In this document: in pieces, positions 1 to 7,732 of the stretch
How positions within the stretch are numbered: position 1 is the stretch's first letter
How the letters are laid out: every line of letters starts with the position of its first letter
Translations under genes and position numbers: made by a program
Origin: Minisyncoccota bacterium
GTDB lineage: Bacteria; Patescibacteriota; Minisyncoccia; Phycocordibacterales; UBA9973
Length of the DNA stretch: 61,226 bases
NCBI GenBank assembly: GCA_035994985.1
Contig: DASYKZ010000011.1
Span: 1 to 61,226 of the forward strand
Direction of reading: 5' to 3'
Notes under the pieces: model-generated
Told to the model about the DNA's origin: nothing
Databases searched by the model: none
Seen by the model: the letters and a program-made list of their open reading frames with translations, nothing else

Positions 1-82
1 TAAAAAAAATCCCTCGAAATTTTCTTTAAAAGATGATTTAAACATCTGAATATATATTACTGTTCAAAACAAACAAAAGCAC

Positions 83-514
83 TTGATTTTTCAAGTATTT
101 TTGTATATTTTGACCAACACAATTTGTGACTTAACCCCCCACTTCTACTCGAAGACGGGTGGGTGGTATTCCGACCAGAAGTTTGCTCGCGAAGACAAAA
201 CGTCGTTCGGATGGCTCGCCATCAAGAAGACACCAGTCTCGAACTCGACCAGCAAAAACTGGAACGAGCAGAACAAGCTTCTGTCCGCGCTCGAGAAGGT
301 GCCGAACGCCGCCGAGATGAGTTGGTTCATCACGACCTATTTCGAGGTCCGTGGTATCCGACTCTTCGAAAGCATCTACGTTCGGACGTCCAGTCTCGAC
401 TCGGACGGTCGCCGCGTCAGCGTCGGCAGCTTCGATGCCGGGGGTCTCGACGTCGGCCACTGGGACGGCGACAGCCGCCATGACAGCATCGGCTTGTCGG
501 CTGCCAGGAAGTGA
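83..514 (+). CDS. DGR variable (target) protein, small, VR at the C-terminus
   Basis: The open frame runs from the stop at 47-49 to TGA 512-514. The only early in-frame start candidates are TTG at 83, 101 and 110. The N-terminal stretch IFQVFLYILTNTIC is hydrophobic. The last ~40 codons are the VR, and the C-terminal ending ...IGLSAARK resembles C-type-lectin-fold DGR targets. The start codon is uncertain. Confidence 0.6.
   Translation: MIFQVFLYILTNTICDLTPHFYSKTGGWYSDQKFAREDKTSFGWLAIKKTPVSNSTSKNWNEQNKLLSALEKVPNAAEMSWFITTYFEVRGIRLFESIYVRTSSLDSDGRRVSVGSFDAGGLDVGHWDGDSRHDSIGLSAARK
394..514 (+). repeat. DGR variable region (VR) including IMH-like 3' end
   Basis: 394-508 aligns without gaps to 864-978 (offset 470). 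There are 15 mismatches, all at positions where the 864-978 copy has A. The last 22 nt before 508 are identical between copies. After that the copies diverge at non-A positions. Confidence 0.9.
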
Positions 515-552
515 TTCTTGATCCCTTGAGGGCTTGTCCCTCTTGAATACTT

Positions 553-592
553 GAGCCTCCGCGAAATTTTTTTGCGGAGGCTCTTTCTTTTT
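553..592 (+). terminator. GC-rich hairpin plus T-run downstream of the VR
   Basis: gagcctccgc (553-562) pairs with gcggaggctc (574-583) and is followed by tttcttttt. This could be an intrinsic terminator, a DGR homing-associated hairpin, or both. Confidence 0.6.
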
Positions 593-863
593 CATAAAAA
601 TGAAGCTAATATGTTTTTATCTTGCTAATGTAGCTTGGATCACGGTTCAAGCTCGCGAGATATCTCACCTTGAGATATCGCCAGAGTGCCAGTAGTCCAC
701 GGATTACGGCAGAGTGCGATTAAGGATAGAGAGAACTTCTTGCTCGTTTCTTGTGGAGGTGTTTGAAAAAACTGCTCCCAAATAAAATTCAGAGATGGGA
801 GGATATAGACCTACAAAGGTGGTAAACCTCGATTCTCGGTGACACGGATGGGAACGAGCAATA

Positions 864-985
864 TCTCGACTCGGACGGTAACCGCGTCAACGTCGGCAAC
901 TTCGATGCCAAGGGTCTCAACGTCAACAACTGGAACGACGACAACCGCAATGACAACATCGGCTTGTCGGCTGCCAGGCAGTCAT
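864..985 (+). repeat. DGR template repeat (TR), non-coding
   Basis: This is the invariant partner of the VR. Read in the VR frame it carries nine AAC codons plus AAG and AAT at the sites that differ in the VR. Confidence 0.9.
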
Positions 986-998
986 AGCTCTATCCTAG

Positions 999-1027
999 GA
1001 AACTCCCACCATAAAAGTGGGAGTTTC
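999..1027. other. 11-bp-stem hairpin immediately after TR, abutting the avd stop codon
   Basis: gaaactcccac (999-1009) pairs with gtgggagtttc (1017-1027), loop cataaaa. There is no clear U-run on either strand. Confidence 0.5.
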
Positions 1028-1029
1028 TG

Positions 1030-1425
1030 TTAACGCTCTCTCGTGGATTTTATCCAGCCTCCAAGCATTCTCCCTATTTCGTCGAGGTTTGCTTCGATGA
1101 TGATGTATTTCTTAGCATCAATCGCTTTTACATCCTTCATGAGGCGAACACAAACTCGCAGGAAATTAAGTTTGACGCTCGTCTTCTCCAAGGTCGGTAA
1201 TTTATCCGACTTAGACTGCTGACTTGCAAAAAGTATGCCCTCCAGCACCTCGATTAACAGGCTTTCGCATTTTTGCCAGAGCGTGTATCGATCTTGCTTG
1301 GGTACGGAAAGGCGGAGAGTATAAAACTCCTTGTATAGATCGTAGGATTTTTTGAAGATAGGTATGTCTAGGTCATTCATATATGAAAACTTATAAAGAT
1401 TTATATTGGTCGATAATTTCTCCAC
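1030..1425 (-). CDS. avd: Avd-like accessory variability determinant (four-helix-bundle protein)
   Basis: The size is 116-131 aa. The C-terminal DEIGRMLGGWIKSTRER resembles the Bordetella phage bAvd ending (EVGRILGSWIARVNRK), and VPKQDRYTLW resembles the bAvd IPRKHG region. The start is either GTG 1425 or ATG 1380. Confidence 0.75.
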   Translation of the reverse strand: MEKLSTNINLYKFSYMNDLDIPIFKKSYDLYKEFYTLRLSVPKQDRYTLWQKCESLLIEVLEGILFASQQSKSDKLPTLEKTSVKLNFLRVCVRLMKDVKAIDAKKYIIIEANLDEIGRMLGGWIKSTRER

Positions 1426-2432
1426 AAACGCTCTTCCGTGCGTGGGAGATATTCAAGTCTGACAAACGGAACAAGCCCGATGTCGCGGAATTTGAGCTGA
1501 ATCTTGAACAAAACATTTTTGACTTGTACAGAGATCTGAAAAATGAAACATACAAGCACGGGCCATACCGGGGATTTTGGATTCACGACCCAAAGCTCCG
1601 ACGAATTCACAAGGCTACCGTGCGGGATAGAGTGCTTCATCATGCCGTGTTCTACGTTTTGAACCGTATATTCGAGCCGACCTTCATCAACGATTCGTAT
1701 TCCTGCCGAATTGGCAAAGGAACGCACAAGGGCATGGAAAAAGTTGCCGACATGATTCGAGCAGTAAGCAAAAATCATACTCATCCGTGCTACGCCTTGA
1801 AATGCGATGTGAGAAAATTCTTTGATTCCGTGGATCACGACACTCTTCTTGAGATTCTCAGCACGAAAATCAAAGACGAAAAAATCCGCAATCTTTTGCG
1901 TGAGATAATCGAGAGCTTTGAGGCAAGTCGCCCGAATCTTTTTGAGCGCAGGGGCGTGCCGATCGGCAACCTGACCTCGCAAGTGTTCGCGAATATCTAC
2001 ATGAATGAATTCGATCAGTTTATTAAGCATGATTTGAAAGTGAAAAATTATGCACGGTACACCGACGATTTCGTGATCATTTCCGATGACAAGGCATATC
2101 TCGAAGGACTACTTGAACCGATAGGAAAATTCCTGAAATCAAAGCTCCATCTCGATCTGCACCCGAAGAAGATAACCTTAAAGAAACACATACAGGGAGT
2201 AGATTTTCTCGGATATGTGATACTTCCACATCACATCAAGCTCCGCACAAAAACGAAGCGCAAGATTCCCAAGAAGATTCGTCAGAGCGTGGCACTCTAC
2301 AAGAGCGGGCAGATAAACGAGGTGGCGATGAAATCCTCCCTCGCTTCATACTTAGGCGTATTGTCCCATGCCAATACATATGAGATGACCGAGAGCGTGA
2401 GGAATATGTTTTGGTTCTGGTTGAATGAATAA
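1383..2432 (+). CDS. DGR-type reverse transcriptase
   Basis: Contains the IGNLTSQ motif ((I/L)GxxxSQ, typical of DGR RTs) and the YTDD catalytic motif (ARYTDDFVII), with upstream RT motifs (CDVRKFFDSVDH). Confidence 0.9.
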   Translation: MKTYKDLYWSIISPQTLFRAWEIFKSDKRNKPDVAEFELNLEQNIFDLYRDLKNETYKHGPYRGFWIHDPKLRRIHKATVRDRVLHHAVFYVLNRIFEPTFINDSYSCRIGKGTHKGMEKVADMIRAVSKNHTHPCYALKCDVRKFFDSVDHDTLLEILSTKIKDEKIRNLLREIIESFEASRPNLFERRGVPIGNLTSQVFANIYMNEFDQFIKHDLKVKNYARYTDDFVIISDDKAYLEGLLEPIGKFLKSKLHLDLHPKKITLKKHIQGVDFLGYVILPHHIKLRTKTKRKIPKKIRQSVALYKSGQINEVAMKSSLASYLGVLSHANTYEMTESVRNMFWFWLNE

Positions 2433-2581
2433 AGCAAAACTCGCATGCCGACTCGACACAAAGGCCGAATCCTCATGCGAGGAAGCTCCTTGGACGGCTT
2501 GTTAACCATATCTCTTGCGAGGGTTAGGTTATCGAATTTTGTGGCTCCAATATAGCATTTTTCGCCGACTTTGTTAGGGGT

Positions 2582-4024
2582 CTACTTTACTAGCAACTCG
2601 ATACTCTCAATATTTATCTGATCCATAAAATTCACAACAATAGGATCAATCTTGATGTCCTCACGTTCGATAGGTTGAGTCAGATATAAACCAGCTAGAG
2701 ATGTGCATCGGCTAAGTGCTACATAAGTTTGGCCGTGAGCAAACGCTCCGCCTGCCATATTTACGACTACGGAATTATAGGTCTTACCTTGGGATTTATG
2801 AATCGTGAAAGCCCATGCAAGTCGCAAAGGAAACTGTGTGAATGAACTCAACACTTCTTCTTCAATTGTTCGATTTTCAGTATCGTAGTAATAGCGAATC
2901 TTTTTCCAAGTCTGCTGAGGAATTGAGTAAACTATTTCGCCATTGATGCGCACTTTGATTTCGGTCTGCGACAAAGACTCTACGATACCGACAGTACCGT
3001 TAACCCATCTCTTTTCGGGATCATTCTTGAGAAGCATTACCTGAGCACCTTTCTTTAGCCTTAGAAACTCCTCGGCTGGGAATGCGCTACGTTCCAGATT
3101 TCCTGCTACATCGGCTCGGTATGTATAGAGAGTTCCATCCAACTGAGCCAAGCGATGATTATTTATCTGATCAACGACAGCGTTTCGTGTGGCCAAAGTT
3201 ATAACCCCCTCGGTTGGTATCGGACTTACACATCTCTCGTTTAAGGCAAAGAGAATATCGTCGTTCAACTGATTTTTTCTTACAGCATTCAAGATATTCC
3301 TGAAACCTTCGTCATCTTGCTGTCTGAAATTATGGGTCAGTTCAAAAGTGTGAAGTTTTGTTTTCTGCCACACCTCGGCGTTGAAGAAATAAGGACCACC
3401 ATGGTTATGGGCAAAATACTGATGGAGAGCATCATCAGTAACAACTGGCGGCAACTGATATGGATCGCCGAACATGACAATCTGAACGCCTCCAAATGGA
3501 ATTTCATTACCTCGAGCTTGTCGTAGTAGCACATCGATAGCACCCATCATATCCGTTCGCACCATAGATACTTCATCGAGAACAATCATATCGACATGTC
3601 TCATGAGAGTCGCAACTCGATTACTTACTTTTAGTTGGGTGACATCAATAAAGCCAGTCGGAAGCTCAAATAAAGAATGCAGGGTCTGACCGCCGACATT
3701 CAAAGCGGCCACGCCAGTGAAAGCACCGACAACTAATCGCTTCTGTGATTTGTATTTCAAATACTGGAGCAAGACAGATTTTCCCGTCCCTGCTTTGCCA
3801 GTGATAAAGAAGTGATCTTTGCTACTCTCGATTTTACTGAAAAGTTTTTCTTGTTCGTCGCTGAGTTTAACGTTTTCTATGAAGATTAGATCCTCGTTCA
3901 GTTTCTTATTAACGACTGGTGGCCTGCGATAGCCAGAATGGCTGGATTGGTTTTTAGAACCTCCACCCTTAAAAACTTGGTAGAGAATATAGATGACTAT
4001 AATGGTAAGAATTAGCCACCCCAT
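2582..4024 (-). CDS. Pif1/RecD-family SF1B helicase with N-terminal hydrophobic segment
   Basis: Walker A is GKAGTGKS, Walker B is LDEVSMV, and the C-terminal motif is TIHKSQGKTY. Residues 2-17 (GWLILTIIVIYILYQV) look like a TM anchor. Confidence 0.75.
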   Translation of the reverse strand: MGWLILTIIVIYILYQVFKGGGSKNQSSHSGYRRPPVVNKKLNEDLIFIENVKLSDEQEKLFSKIESSKDHFFITGKAGTGKSVLLQYLKYKSQKRLVVGAFTGVAALNVGGQTLHSLFELPTGFIDVTQLKVSNRVATLMRHVDMIVLDEVSMVRTDMMGAIDVLLRQARGNEIPFGGVQIVMFGDPYQLPPVVTDDALHQYFAHNHGGPYFFNAEVWQKTKLHTFELTHNFRQQDDEGFRNILNAVRKNQLNDDILFALNERCVSPIPTEGVITLATRNAVVDQINNHRLAQLDGTLYTYRADVAGNLERSAFPAEEFLRLKKGAQVMLLKNDPEKRWVNGTVGIVESLSQTEIKVRINGEIVYSIPQQTWKKIRYYYDTENRTIEEEVLSSFTQFPLRLAWAFTIHKSQGKTYNSVVVNMAGGAFAHGQTYVALSRCTSLAGLYLTQPIEREDIKIDPIVVNFMDQINIESIELLVK

Positions 4025-4027
4025 AAA

Positions 4028-4561
4028 TTAGTCGGTTTTAATCTTATTAATTCCTGATACATCAAGAGAACCCTTAAAAAGAATGTGTGGCACTTTGTGA
4101 AAAAGTAACGGATTTTTATCCTGTGCGAACATTTCTTTATAGTATTCTTTTGTCCCCTCAGGCATTGTTGAATATTGAGCAATATCATCAGGATCGTACT
4201 TTGCGAAATTATCCTCTTTGAGCTTGTCCGCCATGTTGCTGTGCTTATACAAATACACGATCGTATTTTCAGAGTTCAAAAGGTGTGGATCAACTTCAAA
4301 AAATTCTAGGTCGAATGATTTTGTGCGACCCGAATCAAACAATGCTTTCTTTATCAGTGATGGATGAACGGCGGAAAAGTGTAAAACGTCATTCCACAGG
4401 CAATCAAGAACTGGGATTCGCTGTTCCATAATATGTTCGCGGCCGACATATTTACTCGCCTCTTTTTCGTAGAGGTCAGCATGACTATCTTTAAGAGTGT
4501 TGAGAGGGTACAAAACATTTCCTCGCATATCTTTTGGAACCCAGTGGTAGAGATAATTCAT
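4028..4561 (-). CDS. Conserved hypothetical protein
   Basis: The ORF is tightly coupled to its neighbours. Its ATG is 1 nt after the upstream TAA, and its stop is 3 nt before the helicase ATG. I recognise no catalytic motif. Confidence 0.5.
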   Translation of the reverse strand: MNYLYHWVPKDMRGNVLYPLNTLKDSHADLYEKEASKYVGREHIMEQRIPVLDCLWNDVLHFSAVHPSLIKKALFDSGRTKSFDLEFFEVDPHLLNSENTIVYLYKHSNMADKLKEDNFAKYDPDDIAQYSTMPEGTKEYYKEMFAQDKNPLLFHKVPHILFKGSLDVSGINKIKTD

Positions 4562-4562
4562 A

Positions 4563-5174
4563 TTATTTTTTTCGAGCAATTACGTGAAAAACATGCCAAT
4601 GCTTCATATCGCCTTTGGCAGTAGTGTCATCTTTCTCTTCTTCCTTGAAAGAAATGATCTCTAAATCCTTAAGCAGATTTTCTACTTGCTGTTTAGTATG
4701 GAAGATCATTTTTGGATTTACCGACCATTCGTCACGTTCTCCAAAAAACTGACCGCAGAATATACCTCCCGTTTTGAGAGAACTCTTTATTTTCGCAAAA
4801 ACAGCATCAAAGTGAGTGGAATCAGTAAATGGCAGTGCATACATTGCAGTAGCGATATCGTATTCATTTTCTGGAAAATCAAATTCTTCAAATCCAGTAG
4901 TGAAGGTGTGAAGCTTGTCGCTTTGAATATTTTTAGACTCTTGTTCCATAAGCGGACTTTTATCGATCGCTGTGACATCAAAGTCTTGCTCAAGAAGATA
5001 CCTTGTATCGTTGAGCGCACCACCGCCAATATCAATTGCCTTGTCTTTGTGAACAACGTATTCAAGCGCCTTTACCAATAATGGGCGTGGCGGTTTTGAT
5101 TTAGTAGCTGTGTAATATTGTGACCAGTCTTTTTCTGCCATATTTTGACATTTTAGCATTTTTTGATGCTTCAT
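4563..5174 (-). CDS. Class I SAM-dependent methyltransferase (small-molecule/TehB-like type)
   Basis: SAM-binding motif I is present: AIDIGGGALNDTRYLLEQDFDVTAIDKSP. The size is about 200 aa. Confidence 0.7.
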   Translation of the reverse strand: MKHQKMLKCQNMAEKDWSQYYTATKSKPPRPLLVKALEYVVHKDKAIDIGGGALNDTRYLLEQDFDVTAIDKSPLMEQESKNIQSDKLHTFTTGFEEFDFPENEYDIATAMYALPFTDSTHFDAVFAKIKSSLKTGGIFCGQFFGERDEWSVNPKMIFHTKQQVENLLKDLEIISFKEEEKDDTTAKGDMKHWHVFHVIARKK

Positions 5175-5275
5175 TGAACCCTAGCTTACATATCGGAGTT
5201 TGTGTAGTCGACTTACCAATTCGGCTTTTTGAGGGGGTCTAGACTTCCTCGGCGGTCAGCGTCATCCCTTAGGGT

Positions 5276-5596
5276 ATGGACGATATTGAAGCGATTATAG
5301 AGGCATCGAAGCATTTCAAGTATCACGAGCCCAACGGCTCCACGCCCTTTAACCGTATGTCACGCCTTCCCGAATCCAAGGGACACCTGAAGATTGCGAT
5401 CAAGGAGCGAATACGGCTTCTTGTGGCTTCGTATATCTCCCTCGCTTCTTTCATCGACGATGACCTCGTCGATTTTCTTGAGAGTGGCGATACAAAGAAA
5501 CGCAAGGGAAAAGTGGTGAGGATATACAACCGAGTCTTCAAAGATTTTGAGAGGTTAAGGAAGGAAATTAAAAGTTTTAATCTATTTGAGCCATGA
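5276..5596 (+). CDS. Hypothetical protein
   Basis: The ORF overlaps the next gene by 4 nt (ATGA). No recognisable domain. Confidence 0.4.
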   Translation: MDDIEAIIEASKHFKYHEPNGSTPFNRMSRLPESKGHLKIAIKERIRLLVASYISLASFIDDDLVDFLESGDTKKRKGKVVRIYNRVFKDFERLRKEIKSFNLFEP

Positions 5597-5964
5597 AAAA
5601 ATTTATCGAAGCGAAAAAGAAAGATACTATCGGATCGGGATTTACTGGCTACATGATCACGACCTACGAGCATTTGCTGGAATGTTTGGGCGAGCCACAC
5701 GATGCAACTAAGGAAGGACAATGGTACTCAGGTGATTGGAAAGTACGAGCCGAGTGGGCTTTCAAGTCAAAGCATAAGAAGTCGACGGTAATTACCATAT
5801 ATGACTATAAGGAAATAGTGCCCGTGGACAAAGTAACAATGTGGCATGTGGGGTCAAAGGGCGACACGAGAAGATTGGAGCAATTCTTTAAGGAGAGAGG
5901 TTTAGAAGATGGAATGCCGCTCTACTCAGGGTTAGGAGGCCTCGTTGAAAAAATACAGCCGTAA
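5593..5964 (+). CDS. Hypothetical protein (phage-like small protein)
   Basis: The ORF is translationally coupled to 5276-5596. No recognisable domain. Confidence 0.45.
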   Translation: MKKFIEAKKKDTIGSGFTGYMITTYEHLLECLGEPHDATKEGQWYSGDWKVRAEWAFKSKHKKSTVITIYDYKEIVPVDKVTMWHVGSKGDTRRLEQFFKERGLEDGMPLYSGLGGLVEKIQP

Positions 5965-6150
5965 TCCGCTACAATCAGCTACATGCTGTGTAGCCGTATT
6001 TATCTAATACGAACTGATACTATCTGATATACGACAAATATTAGATTCGTGATATCCTTTTAATGCAACTTGTACGGTATATCACGTATGTGCCGTACTT
6101 CCAGACATGGCATCGGAAAAATATTGTATCGCCGATGGATACTCAAGAAA

Positions 6151-6176
6151 CAGCACCTCTCGTAGGTGCTGTTTTA
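6151..6176. terminator. Bidirectional intrinsic terminator
   Basis: cagcacct (6151-6158) pairs with aggtgctg (6164-6171). T-rich runs follow on both strands. It sits between convergent genes. Confidence 0.55.
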
Positions 6177-6572
6177 TTATCTGCGTATACCTGCTTTCTT
6201 CAAAAGGTTGCCGACTGAAATGAAGCAGACGACATAAATAATAAAGAGGACTATCTTGAACCAGTCATTGGCAAAAACATCAGGGCCAAAAATTAAGGTA
6301 ACGATGAATAGGATTCCAAAATAAAAATAGTTATAGAGTACACTCCCCAGCATGGCCCAACGGCCTGTCGCAAGATAGTTCAAGACGGCAAGAATCAGTA
6401 TTGAAACCAGAGCTACGATCACAAATCCCCAGTGCTCAATCAGAAGTTGCTTCACTGCATTCCAAATCATTCGGTAAGCCTGTTTAGTGCCTTCATCTAT
6501 GGCATCGAGAAACCACAGCACTAATTGCCGAGGAAAATCTGCCCCTAACGGTGAGGTGGTTGATGTGTTCAT
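6177..6572 (-). CDS. Small membrane protein (about 3 TM helices)
   Basis: Three long hydrophobic segments are present. There is a 4-nt overlap with the upstream gene. Confidence 0.5.
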   Translation of the reverse strand: MNTSTTSPLGADFPRQLVLWFLDAIDEGTKQAYRMIWNAVKQLLIEHWGFVIVALVSILILAVLNYLATGRWAMLGSVLYNYFYFGILFIVTLIFGPDVFANDWFKIVLFIIYVVCFISVGNLLKKAGIRR

Positions 6573-7681
6573 TTATCTTGTGTTACCAACTTAATCAAAT
6601 CCTCCTCTCTTTCATATGCTCGTACTCTTCCCGCGAGAATACCCAGACGATATGAGATACCGTCACTCATAAGTCGCCAATTCGTATCGGCTAAAGCTTT
6701 CTTGATAATCTTCTGAAGATCAGAGGTACTAAAGCCCTCTGTCCGATCTGACTTGCCGTCATGAGCGGCAAAAGGAATCATCAAGTCTCTGCCCAAATCT
6801 GGGGTGCCGAATTGGAATTTTATATAGCCAGCTTTTTCGGAGAGCGGCACAAGTAATTTCTCAAGATCAATAACCGTGAGCTTCTTGAGTTTAGATACCG
6901 CCTCTCGTTCTTTCTCCTGCAACTTTTCCTCTTTCAACTTATCGGAGAGTTTACCCATTTCCTCGGCTCGCCATTTTTCTTCACGCTTCTTGTCAGCTTC
7001 TTCTTTGGTAAGACAAAATCTCGCACGATCTTTGAGAAAGTCGGGATCAGGCTTTTCTTTCTTTATAGTGAGATCAAGCTCATCGGTTTTGGTGTAGCTA
7101 CATTTTGAACAGGTGTAGGTCGTAACAATCTTCTTATCCTTAATCCTCTCACTTGTATGATCGAGTTCGGTCTGGCATTTTGGACAAAGATCAGGTGTGA
7201 TCCGGCACTCTTCGCCATCATCAAAGAATGCTCGGCGTGGCAGACATCCACTCGGGCAATCAAACATGAAAAGCACTCGGTCTCTGCTATCGCTACCCCA
7301 ATCGTGAATTGATTTGTCGGAACAAGTAGTGAGGCTGTAGCATTTCAGGCATCTTACGCCTTCGGGAGGTTGGGCTTGTTCAATTAAGTTATCTTTTCTC
7401 TCATCTGATTCCATCCATTTACTGACAGTTGAATCCCTCTCGTCATACCACTTGAGCGTGGTGTAGAGCATGTCGAAGTAGAGGCTGACATCACGCACCA
7501 AACCGAGAGATATCTCGTGAACTTTGTCTTTCGGCTTCTCAACCATCTTATTGTGGAATTGCTCACGAGAACGGCAATCCTCCACGGTTAAGCGGTCGTA
7601 TCGGTCTAGATATTCCTGTTTTGGTTTAAGGTGTTTAATCATCAATATCGGCAATATATCCAAAACGGCGATTTTTATCAA
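6569..7681 (-). CDS. Zinc-ribbon / coiled-coil protein of unknown function
   Basis: CxxC pairs are present (CLKC, CPSGC, CPKC, CSKC), followed by a Lys/Glu-rich coiled-coil stretch. An alternative start is at ATG 7642. Confidence 0.5.
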   Translation of the reverse strand: MIKIAVLDILPILMIKHLKPKQEYLDRYDRLTVEDCRSREQFHNKMVEKPKDKVHEISLGLVRDVSLYFDMLYTTLKWYDERDSTVSKWMESDERKDNLIEQAQPPEGVRCLKCYSLTTCSDKSIHDWGSDSRDRVLFMFDCPSGCLPRRAFFDDGEECRITPDLCPKCQTELDHTSERIKDKKIVTTYTCSKCSYTKTDELDLTIKKEKPDPDFLKDRARFCLTKEEADKKREEKWRAEEMGKLSDKLKEEKLQEKEREAVSKLKKLTVIDLEKLLVPLSEKAGYIKFQFGTPDLGRDLMIPFAAHDGKSDRTEGFSTSDLQKIIKKALADTNWRLMSDGISYRLGILAGRVRAYEREEDLIKLVTQDK

Positions 7682-7732
7682 TTTCTAGGCCATTAGTTAT
7701 CAACTCTAGGGAGCCTGGACTCCTCGGAGGGG

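Larger units (their letters stand above)
83..2432 (+). mobile_element. Diversity-generating retroelement cassette (target/VR, TR, avd, RT)
   Basis: The VR/TR pair differs only at TR adenines. An Avd-like four-helix-bundle gene and an RT with DGR-type motifs are both present (see the individual features). Confidence 0.88.

Noticed and set aside
131-595. A 154-aa minus-strand ORF, and a 106-aa plus-strand ORF (163-483), overlapping the DGR target gene.
   Set aside because: These are shadow frames in a locally GC-rich segment. The VR/TR codon logic (AAC codons in TR) fits only the 83-514 frame. The minus ORF would start inside the terminator hairpin.
839-1033. A 64-aa ORF spanning the template repeat.
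   Set aside because: It is in a different frame from the VR equivalent and gives a Thr/Ser-rich low-complexity product. TRs are non-coding templates in DGRs.
1401-2030. A 209-aa ORF antisense to the reverse transcriptase.
   Set aside because: It is fully embedded in the strongly motif-supported RT gene and has no motifs of its own.
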